From the NCBI GenBank assembly GCA_044869275.1, contig JBIOXB010000049.1, positions 1-26,014 on the forward strand: a DNA stretch of 26,014 nucleotides, in the 5' to 3' direction. The notes below the pieces were generated by a model. It ran no database searches and was not told the DNA's origin. It saw only the letters and a program-made list of their open reading frames with translations. Within the stretch, counting starts at the first letter, position 1. Each line of letters begins with the position of its first letter. A program made the position numbers and the translations under genes. Source of the DNA: a bacterium (lineage in GTDB: Bacteria; Zhuqueibacterota; Zhuqueibacteria; Zhuqueibacterales; Zhuqueibacteraceae). This document shows positions 1 through 8,058 of the stretch, piece after piece.

Positions 1-2
1 CA

Positions 3-179
3 CCGCATTTGCAGCACGCCGTCTTCAATGTTGCGATTCGAACGGTGGTGTTGGATCGCGCCAACGGCAGTGGTGAAATGGGGGTGGGCAGCGGCGTGGT
101 GTGGGATTCGGTGGCGGCAGCAGAGTATCGCGAATGTTTGCTCAAAGCGCGATTTTTGGACTTAGATGCGCCATCATAA
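3..179 (+). CDS. pabB: Aminodeoxychorismate synthase component I / anthranilate synthase-like chorismate-binding enzyme, 3' end (partial)
   Basis: Manual translation of frame 3: ...AVFNVAIRTVVLD...GVGSGVVWDSVAAAEYRECLLKARFL..., TAA at 177-179; typical C-terminal motifs of chorismate-binding enzymes. Confidence 0.8.
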   Translation, partial: PHLQHAVFNVAIRTVVLDRANGSGEMGVGSGVVWDSVAAAEYRECLLKARFLDLDAPS

Positions 180-196
180 GGCAGGATTTCTTTCAC

Positions 197-407
197 TGCC
201 ATTCCGCAAGAATCCGCCTTGGCACCGCTATTGCCTTCTATTTTGAGACTGTGCCCGGTAATTGGGAAGATTCAGACTGTGTGAAAGCGCTTGGTTTCAA
301 CGCCAGCTGAGCTTGTCGAAGCCGGATTCTTGAACTTAGCACCCTTCGACAAGCTCAGGGTGCGGCATTCCCAAATTTTCACACCGTCTGAATCTTGCAG
401 AATGACA
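197..407. repeat. GTCA...TGAC-type palindromic repeat pair, interrupted by the MITE-like element
   Basis: TGCCATTCCGCAAGA (197-211) matches the reverse complement of TCTTGCAGAATGACA (393-407) at 13/15 positions. Confidence 0.55.
273..390. mobile_element. MITE-like element, copy 1 (118 bp)
   Basis: Terminal inverted repeats CAGACTGTGTGAAA / TTTCACACCGTCTG; internal perfect 15-bp IR CTGAGCTTGTCGAAG (307-321) / CTTCGACAAGCTCAG (344-358); second copy at 1805-1924. Confidence 0.7.
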
Positions 408-455
408 TTTGAAACGAGGGCTTTTCGAGCAAGCAAAAAACGCTGCCCTCCGCCT

Positions 456-1172
456 TTACTCTTGCAACGCCACCACCAGCCGCTTGTTGATCCTGCCTTT
501 GCTTTTATAATCCACGATACGCAATGGCCCGACTTCGGAAGTGTTGCCCACGTGCGTACCGCCGTCGGCCTGCAAATCAAGCCCTTCGATTTCGACCGTG
601 CGAACTTCAGCAATGCCCGGCGGCAGAAGATTGATTTTCGTGCGAATGAGGTCTGGAATTTGAAACGCTTCTTCGCGCGGCAGAATCCGCACGCGCACTG
701 GCCGGGCGGCGGTTACTTCCCGATTTATCTTTTCTTCAATCTCCTTCACCAATTCCTGCCGCATGGATTCGAATTCAAAATCCAAGCGCCCTTGCAACGG
801 CTCCATATTGCCACCGGTCACGGGCGAGCGATAATCACGAAAAATGACGGCGCAAAGAATGTGCAGAGCCGTATGCGTGCGCATGAGCCGGTAACGCCGT
901 TCCCAATCGATGCATCCGCGAATCTGCGCGCCGAGCGGCGGCGGATCGCCTTCTACTTCATGCCAAATCTCGCCATCGTTTTTATCTTTGCCAATCTTCT
1001 TCACTTCCCAGACACGGTCACCGGCAAGAATTTTTCCCAAGTCATATGGCTGCCCGCCGCCGCCGGGGTAAAATGCGGTGCGATCGAGCGCTATCTCCTG
1101 GCCGCGCATTCCGGTAACGGTCGCGTTGAATTCTTTCAAATAGGAATCGGTGTGAAAAAGCACGTCTGCCAT
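456..1172 (-). CDS. alaX: Alanyl-tRNA editing protein, AlaX-M type
   Basis: DRTAFYPGGGGQPYDLG, RLMRTHTALH (HxxxH) and LQADGGTHV motifs; start at MADVLF (1172) preferred over upstream alternatives. Confidence 0.92.
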   Translation of the reverse strand: MADVLFHTDSYLKEFNATVTGMRGQEIALDRTAFYPGGGGQPYDLGKILAGDRVWEVKKIGKDKNDGEIWHEVEGDPPPLGAQIRGCIDWERRYRLMRTHTALHILCAVIFRDYRSPVTGGNMEPLQGRLDFEFESMRQELVKEIEEKINREVTAARPVRVRILPREEAFQIPDLIRTKINLLPPGIAEVRTVEIEGLDLQADGGTHVGNTSEVGPLRIVDYKSKGRINKRLVVALQE

Positions 1173-1336
1173 GATGGTCACCATTAAGAAAATAAAACCC
1201 ACAAATCAAAGCGATGCCGCAAGATGTAAATCTAATCCAACTTGAAGATCATGAAACTGGAATTCCCCGGTATCTCTACAATTTATAAATCGTTATTTTT
1301 CCCTTCTAATTTTCTAGAAAAAAAATCATTTTTTAC

Positions 1337-1365
1337 TTGCAATGCACACTTTTGTTCACTATAAT
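1337..1365 (+). promoter_or_regulatory. Sigma70-type promoter with a near-palindromic site in the spacer
   Basis: TTGCAA (1337-1342), 17 bp, TATAAT (1360-1365); spacer contains TGCACA-CTTT-TGTTCA. Confidence 0.7.
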
Positions 1366-1416
1366 CGTCACAGAAATTAGTGTCTTTATTTACACCAAAG
1401 ATCGGAGGAACGCTTG

Positions 1417-1668
1417 ATGGCCAAACAGATCGATGAAACAGTAGAGGTGCAGGCCCGCACCAATCGCGGGCGGTTGGTTCCGATTCTGGTGACCTGGAAA
1501 GGAAAGAGCTACACCATCGCGCGCGTGGAAAAAACGAGAAGGCACACAAGCAAAGGCAAAAAGCTGGATACCATGCACGTGCAAGTTATGGCCCCGCAAG
1601 TCATGCAATTGGAATTGGATCATCATCGCCAGGCGTGGCGACTAGTGACGATCGGGGAAGCGGGATAA
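1417..1668 (+). CDS. Small hypothetical protein, DUF6504-like
   Basis: GGAGGA RBS at 1404-1409, strong promoter upstream; pattern IDE.VEV...P...W.G..Y.I..V...W.L resembles DUF6504-type proteins. Confidence 0.7.
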   Translation: MAKQIDETVEVQARTNRGRLVPILVTWKGKSYTIARVEKTRRHTSKGKKLDTMHVQVMAPQVMQLELDHHRQAWRLVTIGEAG

Positions 1669-1758
1669 AACGCCGTAAGAGTCATTCAGCAAAGAGGCTC
1701 TTTGCCTTTTTAGTTCATAATCAAAAAAAACAGAAGCTCCTCCTCCCTCCTCTCAGAA

Positions 1759-1794
1759 CAAACGGCGCTGTGCTCATTGAGCCAGCGCCGTTTG
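1759..1794. terminator. Strong hairpin between convergent genes, probable terminator
   Basis: CAAACGGCGCTG (1759-1770) / CAGCGCCGTTTG (1783-1794), with an inner GCTC-ATT-GAGC stem. Confidence 0.55.
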
Positions 1795-1804
1795 CGTTAG
1801 GGTG

Positions 1805-1924
1805 CAGACTGTGTGAAAACGTCTGTTTCGAAGTCAGGCTGAGCGAAGTCGAAGCCTGATTATTGAGCTTAGCACCCTTCGACTACGCTCAGGGTGACAC
1901 GTTTTCGGGTTTTCACACAGTCTG
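1805..1924. mobile_element. MITE-like element, copy 2 (120 bp)
   Basis: Perfect TIR CAGACTGTGTGAAAA / TTTTCACACAGTCTG; internal GTCAGGCTGAGCGAAGTCGAAG...CTTCGACTACGCTCAGGGTGAC palindrome; homologous to 273-390. Confidence 0.72.
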
Positions 1925-1945
1925 GTTTATTCTGTGTGCGCTCGC

Positions 1946-3211
1946 TTATTGTACCAACACCAGTTTCTTCGTTTGCACTTCGCCTTCGCTCTCAAGCCGG
2001 TAAAAATAAGTCCCGCTGGGCACCATAAAGCCGTCGTTGTCGCGACCGTCCCAGATTACCTCATGTTCGCCGACCGGCATTTTGCCGGCACCTAACGTCC
2101 GGATCAACTGGCCAAGAGAATTGCTGATCCACAATTTGATCTCAGCCGTTTTTGCAAGGCGAAAACGTATCGTGGTCGCGGGATTGAAGGGATTCGGATA
2201 GTTTTGTTCCAAAGCAATTTGTGCCGGAAGGGTATGGGGGCTATCGGGCGTCGTTGTGAGTAGCTCCCCGACCTCGCTTCTCACAGCGAAGCTGTCCGCG
2301 ACGTTACCGGCGACGTCTTTGAAATAGAACGTGGCCAAATTCGGCTGGCCGTCCACATTGAAGACGCCGAACAAAGCGCCGTAATTGGCGTTCTGTGTGG
2401 AAGTGTAAATGCTCCCCCACCAATCGCCCGACTGTTCCTGGTTGCGAATGCCGTTGCCGCCCAGCCCGGAAACGAAAACGAATGTTTCGCCTTTGCTGAG
2501 GACTAAAGTGTCGGAGCGGCTGGCCACGGTTTGATTAATCATGTCGCTGAGCAGATGCGTGCGGCTGTAAGAATGCTCATGCGCCGTGGCGATAATCGCG
2601 CCGCCTTTGCGCGACTCTTCGTAAACTTCCCACCCGGCTTCGTCGCTCTTGCCGCCCACTTGCATAAGATGTTGATTTTTATGCCAGCTGCAAATGCTCC
2701 AGATCGAGTTGTCCGCTGCCAGTTGATCGCGAATGAAAGCATCGTGGCCTGTGCCCAAGACGTCTGGGGCGACTTGCACGATGAAAATGCCTTGATAATG
2801 CAACGCAGATTGTACTCCCAAATCCCCCTCCCAGGTTACACCGGCGCGCGTGAGCCGGTTTTTTATGTGCTCCTGATAACCGTTCACTCTGCTCCAGTGG
2901 CTTCTGTCATGATTTCCGATCGTGGCAAAATAGGGGAAGTCGGCGCCCAAGACGGTGGTAATGAGAGTGTCCCATGCCACAGGTTTGTTGCCATAGTCGA
3001 GATCGCCCTGGTGCATAACGGCGTGCGCGTTCTCCGCTTTGATCAGCTCCAGCACCGCCCGCGCGTTTTTCCCCGAGCCTTGGTCGCCAATAAAGGCGAT
3101 TTTAAGATTCGGCGGCGTTTGCGCGAGCAGCGTGCAGGCCGCCAGCCCAAACCAAGCAATTGTGGCTCTCACAATGGCCAGGATCAATCGGCTGAAAAGA
3201 CTCGTCTTCAT
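1946..3211 (-). CDS. Secreted calcineurin-like metallophosphoesterase with C-terminal FlgD-Ig/T9SS type A-like sorting domain
   Basis: Signal peptide from MKTSLFS (ATG 3211, GGGGAG RBS); GDQG, GDLDY, GNHD, AHEHSYSR motifs; C-terminal QNYPNPFNP...WDGRD...SGTYFY...KKLVLVQ. Confidence 0.88.
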   Translation of the reverse strand: MKTSLFSRLILAIVRATIAWFGLAACTLLAQTPPNLKIAFIGDQGSGKNARAVLELIKAENAHAVMHQGDLDYGNKPVAWDTLITTVLGADFPYFATIGNHDRSHWSRVNGYQEHIKNRLTRAGVTWEGDLGVQSALHYQGIFIVQVAPDVLGTGHDAFIRDQLAADNSIWSICSWHKNQHLMQVGGKSDEAGWEVYEESRKGGAIIATAHEHSYSRTHLLSDMINQTVASRSDTLVLSKGETFVFVSGLGGNGIRNQEQSGDWWGSIYTSTQNANYGALFGVFNVDGQPNLATFYFKDVAGNVADSFAVRSEVGELLTTTPDSPHTLPAQIALEQNYPNPFNPATTIRFRLAKTAEIKLWISNSLGQLIRTLGAGKMPVGEHEVIWDGRDNDGFMVPSGTYFYRLESEGEVQTKKLVLVQ

Positions 3212-3260
3212 GGTGCGCTCCCCTGAATGATTGAAAGCAGAAAAGCAATAACCAGCATCT

Positions 3261-3339
3261 GTCATTGCGAAGCAAAGCCTTGCCGGCTTTCAAATTCAGC
3301 CTAAACAGATTGTTACGTCGCTTCGCTCCCTGCCATGAC
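3261..3339. repeat. Degenerate GTCATTGCGA...TGAC palindromic (REP-like) repeat
   Basis: GTCATTGCGAAGCAAAGC...GATTGTTACGTCGCTTCGCTCCCTGCCATGAC resembles the widespread GTCATTGCGAG...GATTGCTTCGTCGCTTCGCTCCTCGCAATGAC repeat. Confidence 0.6.
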
Positions 3340-3835
3340 TTTCCCATTATTCTTGCATCGCGCAACAAGAAATACCCGCCATTCAGCAGATCTCTTGTAA
3401 AAAGACCAACTCCTCGAGGTCAGGAGGGCTGATCCAGAAATAGCATAGAACTGTTAGCCATTAATAACTTTTTTTTATAAATATGCAAGAACTTTTTCGC
3501 TCTGCATGTTATTTTTGTGTTAAAGAATCAACTTGCTTCGGGAAATCAAAGCGGGCTTGGGGGAGGGAGCTAAATCACAATGAGGAGATGCTCGACCCGG
3601 CGAACGAGGAGGGAAAGGAGGCAAAGTTTTTCCGAAGGATGCAAACCTGAGCAGCGCTGTCGTTTTGGCAATCAACCAGTATGAGATCTGCCATCGATTG
3701 CTCTCCAACAACTTTTCTCGGAATCTAGATGCTCAGCAGCCTCGGGATTGCGGCGCAACCAGTCTTTTTTTTATTCCACCAAAAATCTTTCAGAATGACA
3801 CGGAGGCAAAGGCGCAATCAAAAACTGCCCAGAGA

Positions 3836-5230
3836 TTACTTCACCATCGGCAAGCCGTACTTCTTCGCTTTGCGATAAATCGTGGCGCGGCCGATGCCGA
3901 GTTTCTTGGCGGTTTGTGAAATGTTACCGCCGTTTTCCAAGAGCGCGTTGCGCAACGCTTCTTCTTCCAGCTTTTCGATCCAGCTCGAGAGCGTATTGTC
4001 GGACTCGTAGATTTTTTTCTCGCCGATGGCGCGCACGGTGTTGGGCAAATCTTTTGGGGTGATTTCCGGCCCGGTGGACAAAACCACGGCGCGCTCGATG
4101 GCATTCTCCAATTCGCGCACGTTGCCGGGCCAGTTGTAAGCCATCAGCAGTTCCAGCGCATCGGAAGAAATGTTTTCGACCTGCTTGTTTTCCTGGCGCG
4201 AGCATTTTTCGACGAAATGCGCGGCCAGCAGCGGGATGTCTTCGCGGCGCTCGCGCAGCGGCGGCAGCTTGATGGGAAAGACGGAAATGCGATAGAACAA
4301 ATCTTCGCGGAACTCGCCGTTACGCACGGCCTCTTCGAGATCTTTGTTGGTCGCGGAGATCACGCGCACGTCGATTTTGATCAGCTCGTTGCTGCCCACG
4401 CGTTCGAATTCGCGCTCTTGCAGAATGCGCAGCATTTTTGCCTGCGTGGCCGGGGTCATCAACCCGATTTCATCCAGAAAGATGCTGCCCCCCTCCGCCA
4501 CTTCGAATTTGCCCACACGCCGTCCGGTGGCACCGGTGAACGAGCCTTTCTCGTGGCCGAACAATTCGCTTTCCAGCAATGATTCCGGCAGCGCCGAACA
4601 GTTGACCGCGACAAAGGGCTTGCCGCTGCGCAGCGTATTGTGGTAATGAATCGCACGCGCGATGAGCTCTTTGCCCGTGCCGCTCTCGCCTTGTATCAAA
4701 ACCGTGACGTTGCTGTTCACCACTTTCTCGAGCGAGCGAAAGACTTCCTGCATGACGCCCGACTGCCCGATGATATTCTTGAACTGATAGCGCGTTTTCA
4801 GCTCCGAACGCAGCGAATCAATTTCCTGTTTGAGCGAGCTGGTGGTCAAAGCATTGCGCACGGTGACCAGCAAGCGGTCGCTGGGAAATGGCTTTTCGAT
4901 GAAGTCGAAAGCCCCGAGCTTCATCGCTTTGACCGCCTTTTCGATGGTGCCGTGCGCCGACATCATCACCACCGGAATATGTGCGAGCTCCTCGCGAATG
5001 CGCTTGATGGTTTCCAGGCCGTCGATTCCCGGCATTTGAATGTCGAGCAAAATCAAATCGGGCACAGCCTCGCGCAGTATTTTCAAACAGGCTTCCCCGC
5101 TATTGGCGGTCTCGACCGTGTATTCCTTCTTGAGGTTGATCTCGATCATCTTGCAAATGTTGCGATCGTCATCTACCACCAGAATGGAATATTTTTTCGC
5201 CCGCCGTTCCATGCTACTTTCTTCAGTCAT
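3836..5230 (-). CDS. Sigma54-dependent response regulator (NtrC/AtoC/ZraR family: REC-AAA+-HTH_8)
   Basis: REC (VVDDD, LDIQMP, KP), Walker A GESGTGKE, ESELFGHEKGSFTGA, WPGNVRELEN, Fis-type HTH; start may be 5212. Confidence 0.95.
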   Translation of the reverse strand: MTEESSMERRAKKYSILVVDDDRNICKMIEINLKKEYTVETANSGEACLKILREAVPDLILLDIQMPGIDGLETIKRIREELAHIPVVMMSAHGTIEKAVKAMKLGAFDFIEKPFPSDRLLVTVRNALTTSSLKQEIDSLRSELKTRYQFKNIIGQSGVMQEVFRSLEKVVNSNVTVLIQGESGTGKELIARAIHYHNTLRSGKPFVAVNCSALPESLLESELFGHEKGSFTGATGRRVGKFEVAEGGSIFLDEIGLMTPATQAKMLRILQEREFERVGSNELIKIDVRVISATNKDLEEAVRNGEFREDLFYRISVFPIKLPPLRERREDIPLLAAHFVEKCSRQENKQVENISSDALELLMAYNWPGNVRELENAIERAVVLSTGPEITPKDLPNTVRAIGEKKIYESDNTLSSWIEKLEEEALRNALLENGGNISQTAKKLGIGRATIYRKAKKYGLPMVK

Positions 5231-5377
5231 AGCTTGTCTTGGTCTTCAAACTCCTAAATGAGCCGCTGTTTGTGCGTAGAGTTTCGCGCCGCAGCTTCGC
5301 GGCCGTGCAGTCATGCGCGCGGATGGTGGCTCGAGCGGAAATGCAAACTCCGAATTTGTTTCTCACGAATCAAAACA

Positions 5378-5406
5378 AAAATACGAAACCAGCTTTTTAA
5401 GCGCAA
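5378..5406 (-). promoter_or_regulatory. Putative sigma70 promoter of the response regulator
   Basis: Minus strand TTGCGC, 17 bp, TATTTT. Confidence 0.4.
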
Positions 5407-5533
5407 GGCTTTTCTCCGGCTGTAAGCTCTGAATTGACCGAAAATTGCGCACGGTCATGAAGATTGAACATACTGACACAAACGCGCATTGGGTTTCGGA
5501 ACCACCGGGTACGCCCGCGTCGAAACCAGGTCG

Positions 5534-6604
5534 TCAATTGTGGCGCCCCTGGTGAAGCTTTTCGATAAACGACAATAACGCAGCAAAATCTGCCGGCGCT
5601 ATCTCTACACGAATTTCCAAAATATAGATAGGAAGCCCTTGCAGCATTTCGAATTGCCGCAACTTGATCCCGTCTTTAGCCGTGGTGATCAACAATTCTG
5701 CGCCGGAAGCCTGAAATTGTCTGGTGATAGTCTCGGCGTCTTTGCGCGTAAAGGCATGATGATCTCGATACGCCAATGCACCGGCGCGGATGGCGCCCAG
5801 ATGCAATGCCATGCGTTGAAGACGCTGAGGATTCGCGATGCCGCTGACCAAAAATACTGCGGCATGCTGCAATTGCTCCTTTGCCAAACTGCGTTCGCCC
5901 CACAATTGTTCCAGACGGTCTGCCACGGAATCCATGGAAATGACTTGCGCTTTGGTGCGGCCTCGAATCGTGCGGAACATGCTTTCTTGCTCGTCGCGGG
6001 AAAGCTTCCCAACCTCGCTCACAGTGACCCAGTGCGCGCGCTGCAAACTTGACCAGGGTTCGCGCAATGGGCCGGCGGGTAGAAGCCAGGCGGGCGGCGA
6101 GAGATGGGGCGCCGGCAGCAAAACCAAATCGCAATCACGCTGCAAACGGCGATGTTGCAAGCCGTCATCAACCAAAATGATTTCAGGGTGGAATTCCTCC
6201 ATGGCCAATTGCGCGGCTGCGGTTTTGCTGCGCGCGACGACGATTGGAGCCTGCGGACATTTGTGCGCCAGCAGCAAGGGCTCGTCACCCGCGTCTTTCA
6301 AATCCGCCAGCGAGCCGCGGCCGTCGCTCACCACGCACGCGCCTTTACCCTGGCGCAGATAGCCGCGCGCCACGATCGCAACGCGAAAGTTTCTCGCGCT
6401 CAAGGCGTTCGCCAGCAGTGCAACGGTGGGCGTTTTACCCGTGCCCCCTACCGCGAGGTTGCCGACGCTTACGACCGTCGCCGGCAGGCGCACGGATTTG
6501 AAAAGATTGCGCTCGTAAGCCCAGGTGCGCAAACGGACGATGCCGCCATAAATCCAGGAAAAAGGCAGCAGCGCGGGGTAGCGCCAGGTTTGAGAACTCA
6601 CCAT
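5534..6604 (-). CDS. lpxK: Tetraacyldisaccharide 4'-kinase
   Basis: SVGNLAVGGTGKTP, RGY, GDEP, DDGLQHRRLQRD, LLPAGPLREP, DHH and TTAKD motifs. Confidence 0.96.
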   Translation of the reverse strand: MVSSQTWRYPALLPFSWIYGGIVRLRTWAYERNLFKSVRLPATVVSVGNLAVGGTGKTPTVALLANALSARNFRVAIVARGYLRQGKGACVVSDGRGSLADLKDAGDEPLLLAHKCPQAPIVVARSKTAAAQLAMEEFHPEIILVDDGLQHRRLQRDCDLVLLPAPHLSPPAWLLPAGPLREPWSSLQRAHWVTVSEVGKLSRDEQESMFRTIRGRTKAQVISMDSVADRLEQLWGERSLAKEQLQHAAVFLVSGIANPQRLQRMALHLGAIRAGALAYRDHHAFTRKDAETITRQFQASGAELLITTAKDGIKLRQFEMLQGLPIYILEIRVEIAPADFAALLSFIEKLHQGRHN

Positions 6605-6676
6605 TGTTCTGTCAGCGAACTCTGCGACGTTGCCTCGACCGAGTTTGCGGCCATCGCCATGAGCAAAAGCAGCGCC

Positions 6677-7441
6677 TCATGAATTATTTGCCGTCGATGG
6701 TCTTGCCTTCCTGATTTCAGCGGCGCGAGAAAAATAAGTTTCAGCTCCGGTTTCCAACTCCAACATCTTTTGTTCGACTGTTTGCCGCAGCGACTCGAAC
6801 TCCGTTTCCGTCAAATTCTCCGGAACGGCGATCGGTTCGCCGTAATACGCTACGGTTTCACTAAACGGTTGGGGGATGGTAAAGCGGTCCCAGCTTTTCA
6901 GCATCCACACGCGCGTGCTGGAAAACGTGAACGGCAGAATATACGCGCGCGCGCGCTGGGCAATGGCAAGAAGGCCGGGCTTGAAAACGTGGCGCGGACC
7001 ATTGGGACCGTCGGGCATGATGGCGCCGGTGCCGCCATCTTTGAGCAGGCGAATCATGGCGATCATGGCGCGGGTGCCGCCGCGCGTGCTGGAGCCGCGC
7101 ACCGTGATCAGACCCAAACGATGCAGAGTTTGCGCGATCATTTCGCCGTCGAAGTGCTCGCTCACCATGCAGCAAACGTTTTCGTTGCGGTGCACGAAAA
7201 TGGGAATCAGAATTTTGCCGTGCCAAATGGCATAAATGAAGGGTTGCCCGCGTTCGCGCAGTTTTTCAAAGTGCTCGCGGCCGTGAAAACGCAGGCGCGT
7301 GAGGTGGCCGAGCAGCAAAATCACCACCCAGCCCAGCCGCGTCGCCAGCCAGAACGAAAGGCGTTTGCTCCATTTCATTTTTGGAGGCGAAGAGGCAAGA
7401 CCGGAAGTATTCCTCATATTTGCCACCATTCGTATTTCCAT
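6677..7441 (-). CDS. DUF374 lysophospholipid acyltransferase family protein (LpxJ-like); start uncertain (7441, 7429 or 7378)
   Basis: WHG, SEHFDGE, VRGSSTRGG, PDGPNGP and SWDRFTIPQPF motifs; adjacent to lpxK. Confidence 0.88.
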   Translation of the reverse strand: MEIRMVANMRNTSGLASSPPKMKWSKRLSFWLATRLGWVVILLLGHLTRLRFHGREHFEKLRERGQPFIYAIWHGKILIPIFVHRNENVCCMVSEHFDGEMIAQTLHRLGLITVRGSSTRGGTRAMIAMIRLLKDGGTGAIMPDGPNGPRHVFKPGLLAIAQRARAYILPFTFSSTRVWMLKSWDRFTIPQPFSETVAYYGEPIAVPENLTETEFESLRQTVEQKMLELETGAETYFSRAAEIRKARPSTANNS

Positions 7442-7509
7442 CTCTTCACATTTCCATCCCTCGACACCTCGATTTGCAGAAAAGACGCTGGACCAGCTGC
7501 ACCGCTTTT

Positions 7510-7538
7510 AACATAAACGCTTCGGTGGAGAAATGCAA
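7510..7538 (-). promoter_or_regulatory. Putative sigma70 promoter for DUF374-lpxK
   Basis: Minus strand TTGCAT, 17 bp, TATGTT. Confidence 0.45.
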
Positions 7539-7677
7539 GCGCGCCGCAAAGTTGCTGTCGGTGTGCAAAAGTCACGCGCCGGGAGAATGATCTGCTTGCT
7601 TCTCCATACAATTCTTCAAAACCTGGTGGAAAATGGGGCATGCAATTTGTAAAATCATCCGCGCAAAGGCGCAACCT

Positions 7678-8058
7678 ATGAAACCAATTCTGCTTTTGCT
7701 TGCAACAATTCCCTGGGTTTGGCTGGGGTGTGCCGCTTCGGGCGGCTCCAGCGCACCGGCCTGGGAGCAAAAAATCGATCCGCGCTTGCGCGCCGAAATG
7801 CAGGGCCTGCGTGCGCAAGGAGCGCTACTCCAAGGCCTTCCAGTTCTCATCAAATTCAAAAGCCCGTTGTCCCCCGAACAGGAAAGTGAATTGAGAAAAA
7901 CCGGCGTGCGTGTGCTCGGCCAAGCCGGCGACGTCGCCACCGCCGTGGTTGCGCCGGAAGCAATTTCAGAATTGGCGAAAAGAGATTACGTAATTTACCT
8001 CGAAGCTTCGAAGGAACGAACTTTCAAGGCGCAACAGCATACAGGAGAACATCAATGA
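7678..8058 (+). CDS. Putative lipoprotein consisting of a subtilase-propeptide-like domain
   Basis: MKPILLLLATIPWVWLG-C lipobox-like signal; mature part aligns by eye with the prodomain of the downstream S8 peptidase; ATGA overlap with that gene. Confidence 0.8.
   Translation: MKPILLLLATIPWVWLGCAASGGSSAPAWEQKIDPRLRAEMQGLRAQGALLQGLPVLIKFKSPLSPEQESELRKTGVRVLGQAGDVATAVVAPEAISELAKRDYVIYLEASKERTFKAQQHTGEHQ

Noticed and set aside
291..1187. 298-aa plus-strand ORF
   Set aside because: Antisense shadow of alaX; its N-terminus is a translation of the repeat element
3618..3660. GGCAAA...GGATGCAAACC resembling a c-di-GMP-I riboswitch core
   Set aside because: No convincing P2 stem with GNRA loop or P3 stem, and it is oriented away from the nearest gene start
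4527..4544. GSFTGA instead of GAFTGA in the sigma54 activator
   Set aside because: Common functional variant
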